Assembly (NCBI GenBank): GCA_036172245.1
Contig: JAYWIR010000009.1
Location: forward strand, 1,736,001-1,800,000
Reading direction: 5' to 3'
Source: Raillietiella orientalis
Taxonomy: Eukaryota
Length of the DNA: 64,000 bases
In this document: positions 1 through 12,100 of the stretch, one piece after another
How positions within the stretch are numbered: position 1 is the stretch's first letter
Layout: the number at the start of each line of letters is the position of its first letter
Notes under the pieces: generated by a model
Databases searched by the model: none
The model's input: only the letters and a program-made list of their open reading frames with translations
What the model was told of the DNA's origin: nothing
Translations under genes and position numbers: made by a program

Positions 1-1849
1 GAACCGTAAAGTCCGGAACGGGAGGGATGGGGCGGAGGGCTTTGGCGCCGCTCCATCTGAACCAGGATAAATAAATAAAATAAAACCGGGAAAGCTCCGG
101 AGCAGAAGGGAGTGGGCAATAAAAAAATAAATAAATAAAGGGAGAGCGGGGACAAAGGTCACCATGTCAATGACTCGATCGGGGATGAGGTGCGCGGGTC
201 TCGCGGCGAGACATGTGGCTGCCAGAGGTCCGCACCGGGCCGGGGAGATCCACAGGTGTTTGGCTGGTTCACTCACAGCCGTTCGGAGGTTCCGTCGCAC
301 CTCGCATCCCAGATGGAGCCATCTCAGAACCCTTCCCGGTCCGAAAGATGGTGGCTGCAGGAGGCCACACTCTTCCTCCATTTTGGCGTAGCCGCAGGCG
401 GCGCAGAATCGCCAGCGAGGAGGCAACCGGAAAGGCCTGGAGGGGAGTGCATCTTTCTTCGGGGCCTTTTCAGGCAGCCGACGGGGAAATGGAGCGCCTC
501 GGTGACCCAGTCTTCCGGGTTCCGGCAGCACGTGCGGCAGGACTCCCACGGTCCCGCAATGGACGTTCCTCCATCTGAGGCGTCCCCCGTTTCGAGAGAG
601 ACTTCGGCGCACCGGCAAGATGGCGGTCCGCCGGCAGCGTAGAGGAGGCATGCAGACGTCCACTGAGAAGCTCTATGTCCCGAGGTTTCCCTGAGCAACA
701 CCTTCGCGGGAGCTGAGCTGGATGTTTGGGCTGGGCGTCGTTCGCCAGACGTACGTTTCCCATCGAGCAAGGGGCTTGGTTGCCCCCGCGGCCCGTGACG
801 TCGCCTGCCACACCTCAGGAGGATCTATTTCCAGAGGAAACCCGCGGCAAGGAAATCTCAGCGCGCAAATGCAGATGAGCATGCAGAGAAGATTCCGTCG
901 CGAATCTCTTTCTCTAGCAGCATCTGTGATCCTTGCAGAGATAACGACTCCTTCACCTCCTGCTGTGGTTCTAAGGCTCAGAAAGGACCCTGCTTTTCGA
1001 GAACTTCTGAAACATGGATCTTATCCGGGAAAGCTGAGGAAGGGGTGGGAAGGGTGAAGTTTTGCTTCTCCCTCCAAGTAGATGAGAGTCAAGAGAACGG
1101 GAGGAACGGCGGGATCCCCGGAGAAACAGATCCAAGACACAAGTGAGGACCAACGAAGAAAACAGGCGAATGCGCGCGGTCAGCCCAAGGCAAGGATTCG
1201 CCCTCCGCGTACTCAGGAGTGGGAGGCGCAGTGAGCTGCGAAATGTTGCACGGCGGGCGCAAGGCAGGGCAAACCATCCGACGAATTCTCCCAGGAGAAG
1301 CACGTCGCTGCTTTGCAGCTCTTCTCCTTTCTTGTCTCCGCACGCAGGACCTTCCCGTCAGCTCTCAGGAGGGGAGCGAAAGAAACGCGGCTCGTCATGG
1401 AGCCGCCGCTTCCCGCGTCTTTTGAATGACGTGCGCCAGTCCCGCTGACAGGAGATCATCGTGCCGTGATATCAGCAGAGATACTTTAGCGATATATCGG
1501 TTAATCGCGTCCATCACGAGTTCATCCTTGGTGCCGTTTGACCTTTCTGAACCCAGGAGAAAAGAAGTCTTCATTTCCGTGTTCGGATTTGATGGAAACC
1601 TTTTTGAGCTCTTTCCCGTTTCCCTGTTTTCCTTCCAGTTTTTTTTTTTTTTTCGGGTTGTTCTTTTTCTGATTCGTGGAGCACGCAAGGAACCGTTGGC
1701 GGCTCACGAAGTCCTTCAACACCGCCCACACCACCCCAGGTTGCGTCTTAGCTCTTCCAGTTATAGGGAGTACCACGGGAGGGGGCCACGCTACGAACCC
1801 AGGAAGAAGGTCCTGGAGGGAGCAGTCTGTTCCTCTCTTGTTGCTGGAT

Positions 1850-1955
1850 AGGAATCCCGAAAAGAACATCTTCCTTGTTCTTCTCCCGGTTTGTGGAGGC
1901 TGCTCCATCGTTTCTTCTCCGAAAGGAACCCGCGCAAAGGAACCGCTCCTTGTTT
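1850..1955 (-). repeat. Dispersed repeat, copy 1 (GGTTCCYTTCGG sub-repeats); inverted homolog of 47497-47655
   Basis: Reverse complement of 1913-1955 (aacaaggagcggttcctttgcgcgggttcctttcggagaaga) aligns by eye with 47497 onward (aacaggagcggttcccttgcgggatccctccggagaagg). Similarity continues through atggag...ccgg(g)aga...gttcYYttcgggRttcc. Confidence 0.6.
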
Positions 1956-2289
1956 TTCCCTTCCAAGTGAACCCCGAAGGGCACGATTTCCAATTTCTCT
2001 GGAGAGAGCTCCCCGAAAGGAGCAACGCTCTTCTTAACACTCTGGAGAGGCGACCTCCCGAGGGGGGTATCGAATAGCTCCGTGGGGCGCGATGGAGGAT
2101 CATACCCATCGTGGAAGAAGGGAGAGCTCCATTTTCCCAGCCGGAGGGGAGACCCGAAGGGAACCAACTTCTTGATTTCTGGAACAATACCGGAGGCAGT
2201 CAACTCCCAATCCCGGCCAGTCAACGGGGCCGTACGGTTTCTGGCTGTTTCCACCAGTGCCGCGCCCAAAGCCTGTGGGCCAGCCAGTG

Positions 2290-2427
2290 TCATCCTCCGG
2301 GGCGGATTCGAAACCCCGCAACGCAGTCCGCATTTCCCGGCGTCTATCCTCCGCTTGGGGATTCGAACCCGCAACTCTTGGCACCACGCGCAGAGCCCGC
2401 CGTAGCCATAAGGCCGCAACGCGGGCA
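2290..2427 (-). mobile_element. tRNA-derived SINE-like head (degenerate, tRNA-His-like) with a tandemly duplicated B-box segment
   Basis: Minus strand reads an A-box-like tgcggccttatgg, then ctctgcgcgtgg (resembles the tRNA-His anticodon arm), then B-box GGTTCGAATCC followed by ccaagcggaggat. A second copy, ggggtttcgaatccgccccggaggat, follows at about 2292-2321. The cloverleaf is broken, so this is not a functional tRNA. Confidence 0.5.
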
Positions 2428-5400
2428 CTCTCAAGCGAAACTGGGAGAAGCAAAATCTGAGTCCCTGCAATCCTGGTTAGCAGATGGTTTTTCCCCGAAT
2501 GCTATTCCTGAGGGACCAAGGAGGTCAGAGGTTCCGCAGGACGAACGCTGCACATGGGGAAGGACCTGACCCCAACCCACTGCCGTGATCGCGCGTTTCT
2601 TCCGTTCGGACGCCCCAACGCACTTTTCTGACGGAAGCGCGTTCAAGCGCGCTGAGCACCTGGAAGGAGCGGAAAGCTCCTGAGCCACTCGGTCGCTCCT
2701 GGGCATTCACTGCAACTTTCAGCGACAAACCTGCAGAGAGGGAAAAGGAAAGAAAGGAAAGCCTATGTGGGCACTGGTCCCTAGGGAAGAATTCTGGGTG
2801 AGCCGGTGAGAGGCCAGCTGAGTCGTTGCTGAGGTCCGCCTTAGGAAAGGAAGGAAAAGGCACCAATTCTAAAAATAAAAAAAAATGCACGAGTGGATAG
2901 GTGGAAAGGAGAAATGGTCGGACTCGCCTGCCTCTCGGACAGGATGCTCCCAAGTCCACGAGGTGGGACCATCGCTTAAGAAGAGGGAAGGCGGTGGGCA
3001 GCGGGCTGCAACTTGTCCACCTTTTTCGCCACAGCGGTGTCCTCCGCTATCGTGGTGCATGGCGCCACGCGACTTCCGGCTAGCTTGGAGATGCCTGAAA
3101 TCTCGGGTCGCAGGAAACGCCTCGGTGGCCAGGCTGTGAGCGTCTGCTTGCTGGCGCAGCATCATCGATGACCCCTCTGAGAAGACCTCTTCGCTGGGCT
3201 GAGCTCTTCGGAATCCCGTCCGACGAGCTGGAGGTTCTCCAAGCGACGACGGGCAGCCCACTTTTCCCCCTCAAGTCGGTGCTGCTGATGTTCCTTAAGG
3301 AGCTCCCGTGCAACGCACGCTTCCATCATCTTCACCCGGTTACCACGGATTGTTCGTTTTCCAAACAAAGAAAAGCTGACAGGATCCACGGGGATCAGGG
3401 AATCCAGTGATCCATGAGCGATTCAGAAAGAAGAGAAGAAAACCATCGACTCACGGCCGACGACACAGCAGGGCAGAGATTGAGTAAAAGAGACGGAAAA
3501 TAGGATAAATAACCGAGGGGAAGGTACAGGGGTCACCGATCACACCCGCTGCGTCTTCTGAGACCTGCATGCGATGCGAGCGGCTTCCTCCTTCACTCTG
3601 GAGCTTCCCGAAGGCCTCTTTTCCCCGTTCCTCGTTGCCGAGAGGCGAGGCTTGTGGCCTTCCTTTCTCGCTGGCGCGCCTCCTCAGCTTTCCGGAGCGC
3701 CGCGATTCTTCCTGGTGCATCATGGGACTGAGGGCGATCGGGGAAGCAGGTGCAAGCCCGTTCCGTGCAAAGCGGCCCCGTGGAGTCCCGGGGTGTCGAA
3801 GCGAAGCAGCCCCGCGAGGCCTGTCCGCACGCTCCAAAGTTCTTCGCATTCCAGCAGCGGACGTGTAAAGGTTCCCATCTCCTCCCCCCCCTACAGCGGG
3901 CGCAGCACGGAGATGCGCCGCCGTCGACCCTCGTTCGGCGATTGCTCCGCCCGCTGCACGGGGAAGTGCACAAGAGGAAAGGTCTCTCCTTGCCGTCACC
4001 TGAGGGGCAAGGAAGCACGGAGAGCTGGTCCAGTTAGACGGGGAGGGAGGGGCGATCCCTGAAGGAGGGATCTCCAAGTACACCCCCCGCCAGGCGGAGC
4101 GGGAGTCCTTGCCGCGGTCACCGAGCGTTGCCGCATCGGCCGACCGGCCCGCCAGTGTCATCTCTCTGGCTAACGAACGTGAGTCCACCCCACCCTGCCG
4201 GCTGGTAGCGTCGTCTTTCCCCCGTAGGGAGGACAACGCTGCTCAATGGTCCGGACCCACTCCTTCCTGCTGCTCCCCACTTGCTGAAACTGCTCCCGAA
4301 TTATGAACGCGTCTGTGCGCATATTGAGGATGTAAATGCTCCCTGCAGCTGACCGCGTGCAGGAGATCCACCAACACTCTTCCCACGGGGCAACGATCTG
4401 CCTCCGCGGGAACCCGAGAACCTTCGTGCGCATCGTCGCCGCCACTTGACGGGGGAACGTCCCTCCAAACGGTCCCAGGAGAGGGGAAGGGAAATGCTTC
4501 CCTCCCCCACAGGTGGCGTGTTTTTTATTTTTTTTTTGCCCTCCAGGAATCGTGAGGACGTCCTCGCCGTCCCAGTGGACAGCCCCGCTTGGAAGACCCT
4601 TTTGCGCGTGCACTGCCGTGCCAGCCTCCGGCCATCGCCGTCACAGCGCCCTGCTGTCTCCGAGGCTCCATCTCTGCGAGGTACGAGCTGGGGCACAAGG
4701 GCAGCGAAGCCGACCGCTTGGGGTGCGACCCGCTCTCTGCGGGTGGCGACGAGGTGGACCCGCCTGGGAAGCCATCAGGAAGAGAGCTCGCCTGGATCCT
4801 GCACGGGAAGCAGGGGACCCAGCGGGAGTGATCCTTTCTCTTGGCCTCCACCTCGACCGCAACCATAGGGAGCAATCGTTCCTGGCCATTTCGCTTCTTT
4901 TCTTGTCTTCATCTCCCATCCCCATTTACCCCGTCCGCACCCCTTGGGAGGCTGTTCGGATCTCCAGTCACTTTTGACGGAAACGCCTCCGCGTGACCGA
5001 GTGAAGACCCTCTTTGAGAGATGGGTCTCCTTGGCATTGGCATTCGCCATGCGCCGCGCCCTTCCGGGTGCGCCACGAGCCGCAAAGGCGGCAGAGGGTC
5101 GGGACCGCGCTGAGGCACTTCCGCGTGTCTCCTGGGTTATTCCCCGGCTGTGGCAGTGCCGCTCCGAGGCGCCGCCGCCTCCCAAGTTTACAAGCGCATG
5201 CGGGTGGGGAGACCGCGCTTCCTCCCTTGCTATGGTGCAGGAGAGCATCTTGAAAGAGGCCTCAACGCAGCAGCAGCAGCGCCGAGCGCTGCAGCCTTGG
5301 GGGCACTCCGAAAGGATCCGCCCAGCCGGAGTGGTCCGTTGGGACTAGCTTTTGGCGTCGCTGCGACGCCGAGTCGTCGCGCCGACCAACCGCCGCGCGG

Positions 5401-6286
5401 GTTGCTGGCGCATGCGACCTCAGCACTCACTCGCCCTGCTCCCGTTGGTCGCTGCTCCCCCGTAAGGTTGCCGACTCACGCGCGGATCTTGCGCGGCGTT
5501 CCCGAGGAGAGGTGGAGAGGTACGTTCCAGGTCTGGTTCCCGTGACCACCGCCCACGTCACAAGGGGTTGCCATCTCTCTTTTCCAGGCACTGTAATCCT
5601 CAGGACGGCCGAAAATCCAGGTGTTTTGCCCTAATTCAGAAGCGGGAAGGGCGGTGGCGTATCCCCGACACGACACGGTAGCAACGTCGCATATCCTTCT
5701 CAGCCATCGACTCGCCCCCGAGACGGCGTGCCAGGATGCGTCGGTGCGCTCTTCGACACGTGGCGCCCAGCGCCAGTCTTCTGAACTGGCGCTGGAACTC
5801 AATTCGCTCCGACATTTGAAGGCCGAGTCTTCCATCGCAGTGCGGAGCTCGGAAGTTCTCGGGAGTTGTGGGCGCTTCTGGCGAGCACATCTTTCGAGTG
5901 CCCTCCGGGGAATTTGAAGCATTCCATATTTTATGACCACACTTGACGCGTCTCGCGTGCGCAAGGTGAGTGGAAAACGAGTGCAGCGAGTACGCCAAAC
6001 TGCCTCCGTGTGTGTGCACCACTGCTTTCGTGCGCACCTGGCGCATCTGTTCGGATAAACGGAAGCCATATTGGACAGCTTGGTGGATTGGAAGTGTCAC
6101 GTGATTTGAAGTGTGGGGAAAAGGCAAAATCCGGGTTCCTTATTCCGCCAGAAGGCGATCGGAAAGAACAGCTCGAGGGGAAGTACCACCAGGCTGGAGT
6201 TGAACGTTTCCATGGATTCCGTTCCACAGTCGTGGCATGGAGGGCTTTCTGTATCCTCCCGGTCCCTACGGCGTTTTGATGTATCG

Positions 6287-6874
6287 CAAAAGTAAGGGCA
6301 GATCGGATAGAAAGAAAGAAAGAATAAGAGAAACAAAAATATGTATTGGTGGTTCGAAGCACGTACACCCCCATGTCATCTTTCTACGTAGTCACCATTT
6401 TTCCCCCCCAAGCACTTTTGACGCCGTGGAAAAAGCTTTTTTAGACCGTCTGCATGAAATTCCGCCGCCTGCGAGTTCAGCCACTCAGCAGCACTGCAGT
6501 TTTCAACTCCTCACTTTCTCCCTCGAATCGCTGAGCCACTTCTGGAGGTGCAGGAAGACGTGGTAGTCACCGGGGGCGAGGTCAGGACTGAGTGATCAAA
6601 AAGTTCCCATTTGAATTTCCGAACTGTTCCACAGTACCACAGTAGGCTGGCGAAGTGGTGGTCGTTCCGGTCTCCATAAAGTCCACCAAAAGCACACATC
6701 CTTTTGGCCCCACGCACTGCTGTCCGCACGCACATTCCAGACAATTCGGAAATTCAGATGGGAACTTTCTGACCACTCAGTCCTGACCTCGAACCTTCGA
6801 ACTTCGAACCACCAATACATATTTTTGTTTCTCTTATTATTTCTTTCTTTCTATCCGATCGGCCCTTACTTTTG
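6287..6874. repeat. Nested inverted-repeat (fold-back / MITE-like) element
   Basis: Outer arms 6287-6359 and 6802-6874 (73 bp, 2 mismatches). Inner arms 6577-6627 and 6741-6791 (51 bp, 4 mismatches). No target-site duplication evident. Confidence 0.9.
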
Positions 6875-8581
6875 AAATGCGCCTCGTACGTCGTATTTGA
6901 CGCACTGGCCTTCCGGGCATGTGTACTTTTTCTGGAGTGCTGCTTCACAGCTACAGCCAACGGATGCTGCCTGGGAGGCAGTCGCACGCGAAAGAGTCCT
7001 TTTTGACTGCCGGGCGAGTAGAGACCTCTGAGGAAGGAGACGCCCGTTTTTTGCGGTTTTTTCCCCCGGAAACTGTTGTTTCCGGAAAACCGGAAAACGG
7101 GTAGGGTGATCAGTGGGACAAAGTCGTCGCTGTGTTCCAGGTCTGACCCAGGAGTCCTGTCATTTTCTCCTCCGGGAAGGTTCCGAGGACATCGTCGCAG
7201 GAAGCGTCCGAGCAGGAAGAAAAAAGGACGATGCAGAATGGTCTTTCCTGGATCCACGGAATCGCAGACGAAATTCCGCGTCGTACAGATGGAGGAAGAG
7301 GGAACTTGGTGACTTAAAACAGGATCCGTTTATTTGGGAAGGCGAGAGAGGGCACGCCAAAAACGTTGCAGCCAGGAAGAGGGAATTCTTTCCGCGCGTG
7401 AGGACAGAGCGATGGGCTCAAAGCCCATTCGGGGTGGTTCCATCCCTGTTGAAGACCTGATCTGAAGTCATTTAGCAGAGATTCGAAGCAGTCCTTTACG
7501 CTCGAATTCATACGCAACCGGGAATATCACTGGGAAGCCTGAAAGCAGGTTCCTCTCGTTCGAAGCAGGAGAGAAGAGGAGATTGCAGGTGGCAGTTGAG
7601 TGTACCAGGACATCCAGAATTAACTTTCCGAAAAGCTTGGAGACAGGAAAGCGCGGTGCAAAAATAGAACCGTTTTCTTAGTGAGCAGCGCAGGGGAGGG
7701 GGCATGACTCTTTGGAAACCAAACAACCAGACTCGACTTTCTGACTCCCTATTAAAAAAAAAAAAAAAAAAAAAGCGGCCAGTAGTACGGGCGCGTTGGC
7801 ATCCGCAAGTGCAAAGTGCAGGGTGGAGAGCCCTCCTCTGCCCTCTGTTGCTTCCCGTTGCCCTTCTGCATAATCCAAGCAGATCTCTGATCTTACTTCC
7901 AGAGCTGTCTTACTCCTCGACAGCGTCAAGTGAGTTGGACTGGCCACTGTCCTGTGCAGTGCGCCACCCCTCTACGAAGAAGCAGGAAATGATGACCGTT
8001 CATCCCTTACCACAAGTAAAGAACCTCGAATTCCCCCAAACGAGAGTCCTGAGGCTGTTGTCAAGAAGTTCAGAATGAAACTCTGTCAAGATGCAGTCCC
8101 GTTCGTTGTGACATGCTGTGAGCATGCCAATCATCTTCGCAGGTGGCCACACTCGTGTGCGGCCTTCGCAAGCAGTTCCAGCTGCTCCAGCCTTCCTTAA
8201 ATCTCTTCCCCAACTTTCCCCTACCCAACGTCTTTCTGTGACCACTCTCCAGACTCCACAGCAACCGGTTTCCATCCGTTCTAGAAGGAAACACTGCTTG
8301 AAGGTCGCGATCACTGTTCCTCGCCATCCCACCCCGTATCCGTCTTCTTTCTCGCCTGGGAGCTCTGATAAAATCTCACCAAAACTTGGGAAAGCGAGAA
8401 ATATTCTTGTGTTGGAGATCCGCACTGAGTTCTCACAATCTTCCTCACCTGACCACATGGGCTATATCGTCCGTCAGCTCCCGCTGCATCACGCCTCCGT
8501 AACTTGTGGTTCCGAATCAATCCTTCTTACTATTTCTCCCGTTTACCATTCTAGTTAATAGCACGGAGAATTCGGAAGCTT

Positions 8582-8911
8582 CTTTGGATGGATACATGCG
8601 TTCCTTCTAGAACTCGGTGCCACTCCAAGAATGTTCGCATTCTCATTATTTTTCTTATAATGACTGACGAGCCTTTTTAGAGCACCTTTTCACCTTCCGG
8701 TGCTGTTCCTGAACAGTAAAAGAGTTGTGTTGATCCTGATGGACAATTTTTCCGATATGCTAAGATCAGAGTGAAATGGTTTTCCCTGTTCCTCGTGGCA
8801 TTTCCAGTAAGCAGCGGCCCTTTCATCGAGGGCAGTCTTCAGTTCAGCCATGTATGAAAGCTGTTCTGGATGAACGTATTCATATGGAAATGAAACTGTT
8901 GAGTCATCGAC
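8582..8911 (-). pseudogene. ERCC2: ERCC2/XPD helicase N-terminal pseudogene fragment
   Basis: Minus strand reads VDDSTVSFPYEYVHPEQLSYMAELKTALDE, frameshift, GRCLLEMPRGTGKTISL* (Walker A; XPD has LEMPSGTGKT), then LFYCSGTAPEGEKVL* (XPD LIYCSRTVPEIEKV), then ILGVAPSSRRNACIHPK (XPD LGLALSSRKNLCIHP). Several frameshifts and stops. Confidence 0.9.
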
Positions 8912-8944
8912 CCCTGGTCTCACGCTTATGACATGAAACAACCT

Positions 8945-9146
8945 TGGAAAATTCACAGCAGATTTTCATCTTAATCTTCTGGGGATCTTTCGTCTCGAGG
9001 AATCACAATAAATACCTATCGAAAACCGAGCTGCACTGGGTCGTAGAGGACTCGTGGAGCCTGGAGAGAAACATATCTCCCACTCCGCTACCAACTGCGT
9101 CCACCTCCACTGGCGCGCTGAAGTACTGCAGGAATTTACTTCCCAT
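8945..9146 (-). pseudogene. Possible BAF (barrier-to-autointegration factor)-like degenerate fragment
   Basis: MGSKFLQYFSAPVEVDAVGSGVGDMFLSRLHESSTTQCSSVFDRYLL*FLETKDPQK resembles BAF [33 protein letters not shown]...VLGQFLVLKKD. In-frame TGA at 9005-9003. The similarity is weak and judged by eye only. Confidence 0.3.
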
Positions 9147-12100
9147 GTCCTCCTACCTCGCTGCTCTTCCCCTCTACGATTTGGTTTCTTCTTCCATTTG
9201 TCATTCAATCTGAAAAAATCGCATCCTTATCCCCTGATGCCATCGAGATCACATTAAGAATGGTACATGACCTTGAATTTGTTAGTTGCAGTCACCAATT
9301 CCTAATCACGCGAAGCACCCTTTACCTTCCATTCATGGAAGTGCCATCCTCCATCTTGTACTTCAGTCCTTCGTGACAGTTCCAGCACTGAACTTCTTCA
9401 ACGAATCTGCCTCTGTTTCCTTTCTTGCTCAAAACAGGAATAATTGCTCACTTCCCGTACCTTCTTAACATCCTTCGAAGATCCGTGGAGTCCGGAAAAA
9501 CACTTCGTGTTTGTTTTGAGGCGGAGCCTCCTACTCGCACAGTCAGAGCACTAGGGATCTCTTCCGAGGAAGACGGAAAGTGAAACAAGCGTGTTCTCAA
9601 ACAGCAAAGACCAAGGATGCCTTTGTAGAAGATAATTTGGAATGCGAGAGGTGAGCATACTTGCTGCAGAACCAAGGAAAACCTGCCAAACAGTCTCACC
9701 TTTGGTCTCTTTCCCAAACAGTTCTCACAGTGAGAAGACGTAGTTCTTTGCATGACTATTCCAAGTCGAGAAGAACCGTTCCCTAAGAGCCTCGAAGTTC
9801 TTGTTGCCTCGGAAAACCAAGTCCCAGTCGGTTCCTGTGTGTTTTGCCGTTTCGTGATGCACGGGATGGTTTCCCCGTGCTCGTGGCACGGACGCACCTG
9901 CAAAGGTGCGAACACGGACGTATGATCTTCCCGCACAGGCAGTCGAATATCACACGCTCACTGTTCCCAGATTCGCTCGAACCTCAGGAGGGCCGCGATT
10001 TCCGGACTAGTCGGGAGAGAGTCGTTGCTGCGTGCGCGGTTGGCATCTTCGGCATGTTCCACGTTGGTGCTTCCGATAACTTGTACGGGAGGGTCCACAG
10101 CAGTTTGCCATTCGGAAGACGCCGACGGCACTTCAATCGGCAAGTTGCCTGCTTTTCGAATCCCAGGGGAGCTTCCAGAAAATGCAATGAAGACTCGAAG
10201 AAAAAAAAATTTGCCATCTAGAGAGCTCCCCTGGTTTAGAAGAGACGGTAGAAAACTCTTTAGGCTCAAGCAATTTCACCGTGAGGGAAGAGATCACGAA
10301 GATAAGTCTCAACGCTTTCTGGAGCGCACCTGAACCTTCGAGCCCCATGGAAGCTACCATTTCTTCCAGCTTGTCCCTTACTCCCGTCCCCCTACGCACA
10401 CCTGCTTGTACGCCCGCACGTCAACGGGTGGCCACACTCCGTACCTCCCTCCCTCCCTCGCCACACTCCGAGATCGGCTCGCTGCTCCAAAGGAGGTTTG
10501 CTTACTCCTTTGGAGTTTGGAAAAGAAAGAGAGGTCTCCCAAAAAAAGGGGTGTGTCCAAAGCGAGTCTTTGGATGCGTCCTTCCTTTGGAAAATCTCTT
10601 TTCGCAAGCAAGGATGAAATCGTCCGAGGAAGCAGCAGCAGCGCGGCAACAAAACGGCGACCCGGAAAGGCTCAGTGTCACTACAGGGATGCTGCCGTGG
10701 GAAATTTGCCTGCCGATCCGTGCGCCCCCCTTCCGAAGCAGGTCCTTCCAGATTCCTCCAGGGTCTGGCAGGAAATACCGAGCGCTCCAGGAAATCGAAA
10801 GCAGACGGGTGCAAGTTCGGCTCTCCTGAGAAGCGAGCGCTCGCTTGCTGAAAACAACCCTCGATGGAGGATGCCGTCAGATGAGGCAGTCTCCTCAGGC
10901 ACCGATGCTCACGGCCTTTGGAGCAAAGAGATGCACTCTGCTACGTAGAGACATCCACCACTCTCCTGGCGGATTTATCAATCTGACATGTTGGGAAATG
11001 CGTCGGGAGACTCGTTTTAGCAGCTCGTGTGCCGGTTGGCGAGTGGCTTTTCGTTCCTGCACACCCTGTGAACCATCGGATGCAGAAGGCAACGCATGCG
11101 CATCTCACACAAGGCTCATCGGGTTCCTTCTGCCAGTGATATCTTCGGATTTGCCGCAACCGAGTCACGCATCTCCCCAATTTCTGGGCGATTCTCCCAG
11201 AGAGGTGTTTTATCTGCAAGAACCTGTGACATCAGAGGCAGCGGTGCTACTTTGATCTTAGGGGAACACCAAGGGGGTTTGCAGGTCCTACCCTGTACCA
11301 CATATCGAGAGTGTGTCTTGAATCAGCAAACCGTGTCCTGCATTTCGCAGCACGGAGGCTGAGGATGCAATGGGCCAGCAGAGATCTATAGATGTGGAAG
11401 CTCAGGCACAGGGATGCACGAACTTCGTGAATGCAAGGATCTTATCCAAGACTGCAGTTCTGAGAGGCAGTTGGAAAACGCGAGATTGCTTCGTCTGTAC
11501 GGGGGGAACGGACTCCATGACAGCTCCCCTCCGGAAGTTTCCAGGCGTGGAATGCCACCTTCTTCTCTCCTAATGTTTTTCCTGCTCTCGACTGCCTCTC
11601 GATTCGTCTGAAGTCACGGGACTTTTTTCCAGCATCACTCCTCTCTCTAGAATTCTCTCATATCACAGAAATATCTGCAATCCATATGGATTGAGGATGA
11701 GGAATGCCTTTAGGCGCTACGCTACCCTTTATCTCAAAATGTTGTGACCGAGTGACTCTGGAACTACGAGACAAATCACCGAAAATCACGGAAATGAGAT
11801 GAGGTTCTTAGCAGCTTCCGATCTTCGTCCCAATTCTGGAAGTCAAGTGGCTGTGAAGCACCCTGCGTTTCTTCCTCCTACCGTGCAAAGTTTGCCTATT
11901 CCATATTCTGTTTCGCGTCCCATTCAAAATACCACGAGTATCCGTACAAACAATTTGTGTGTTCTTATTCGCATCATTGTTTGCTATCATCATCGAGGAG
12001 GTCATTTGGAAAAGATGCAATGAAACATGAAAGGCAATTTGAAGCATGTTTTCAGGGTGGAACAGATTGTGTGACAGACATGCTTTCGAAAAAAATTCCT

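Noticed and set aside
10850..11570. WD40-like words (VSSGTDAHGLW, FVCTGGTDS)
   Set aside because: Too short and without repeat periodicity; cannot be supported.
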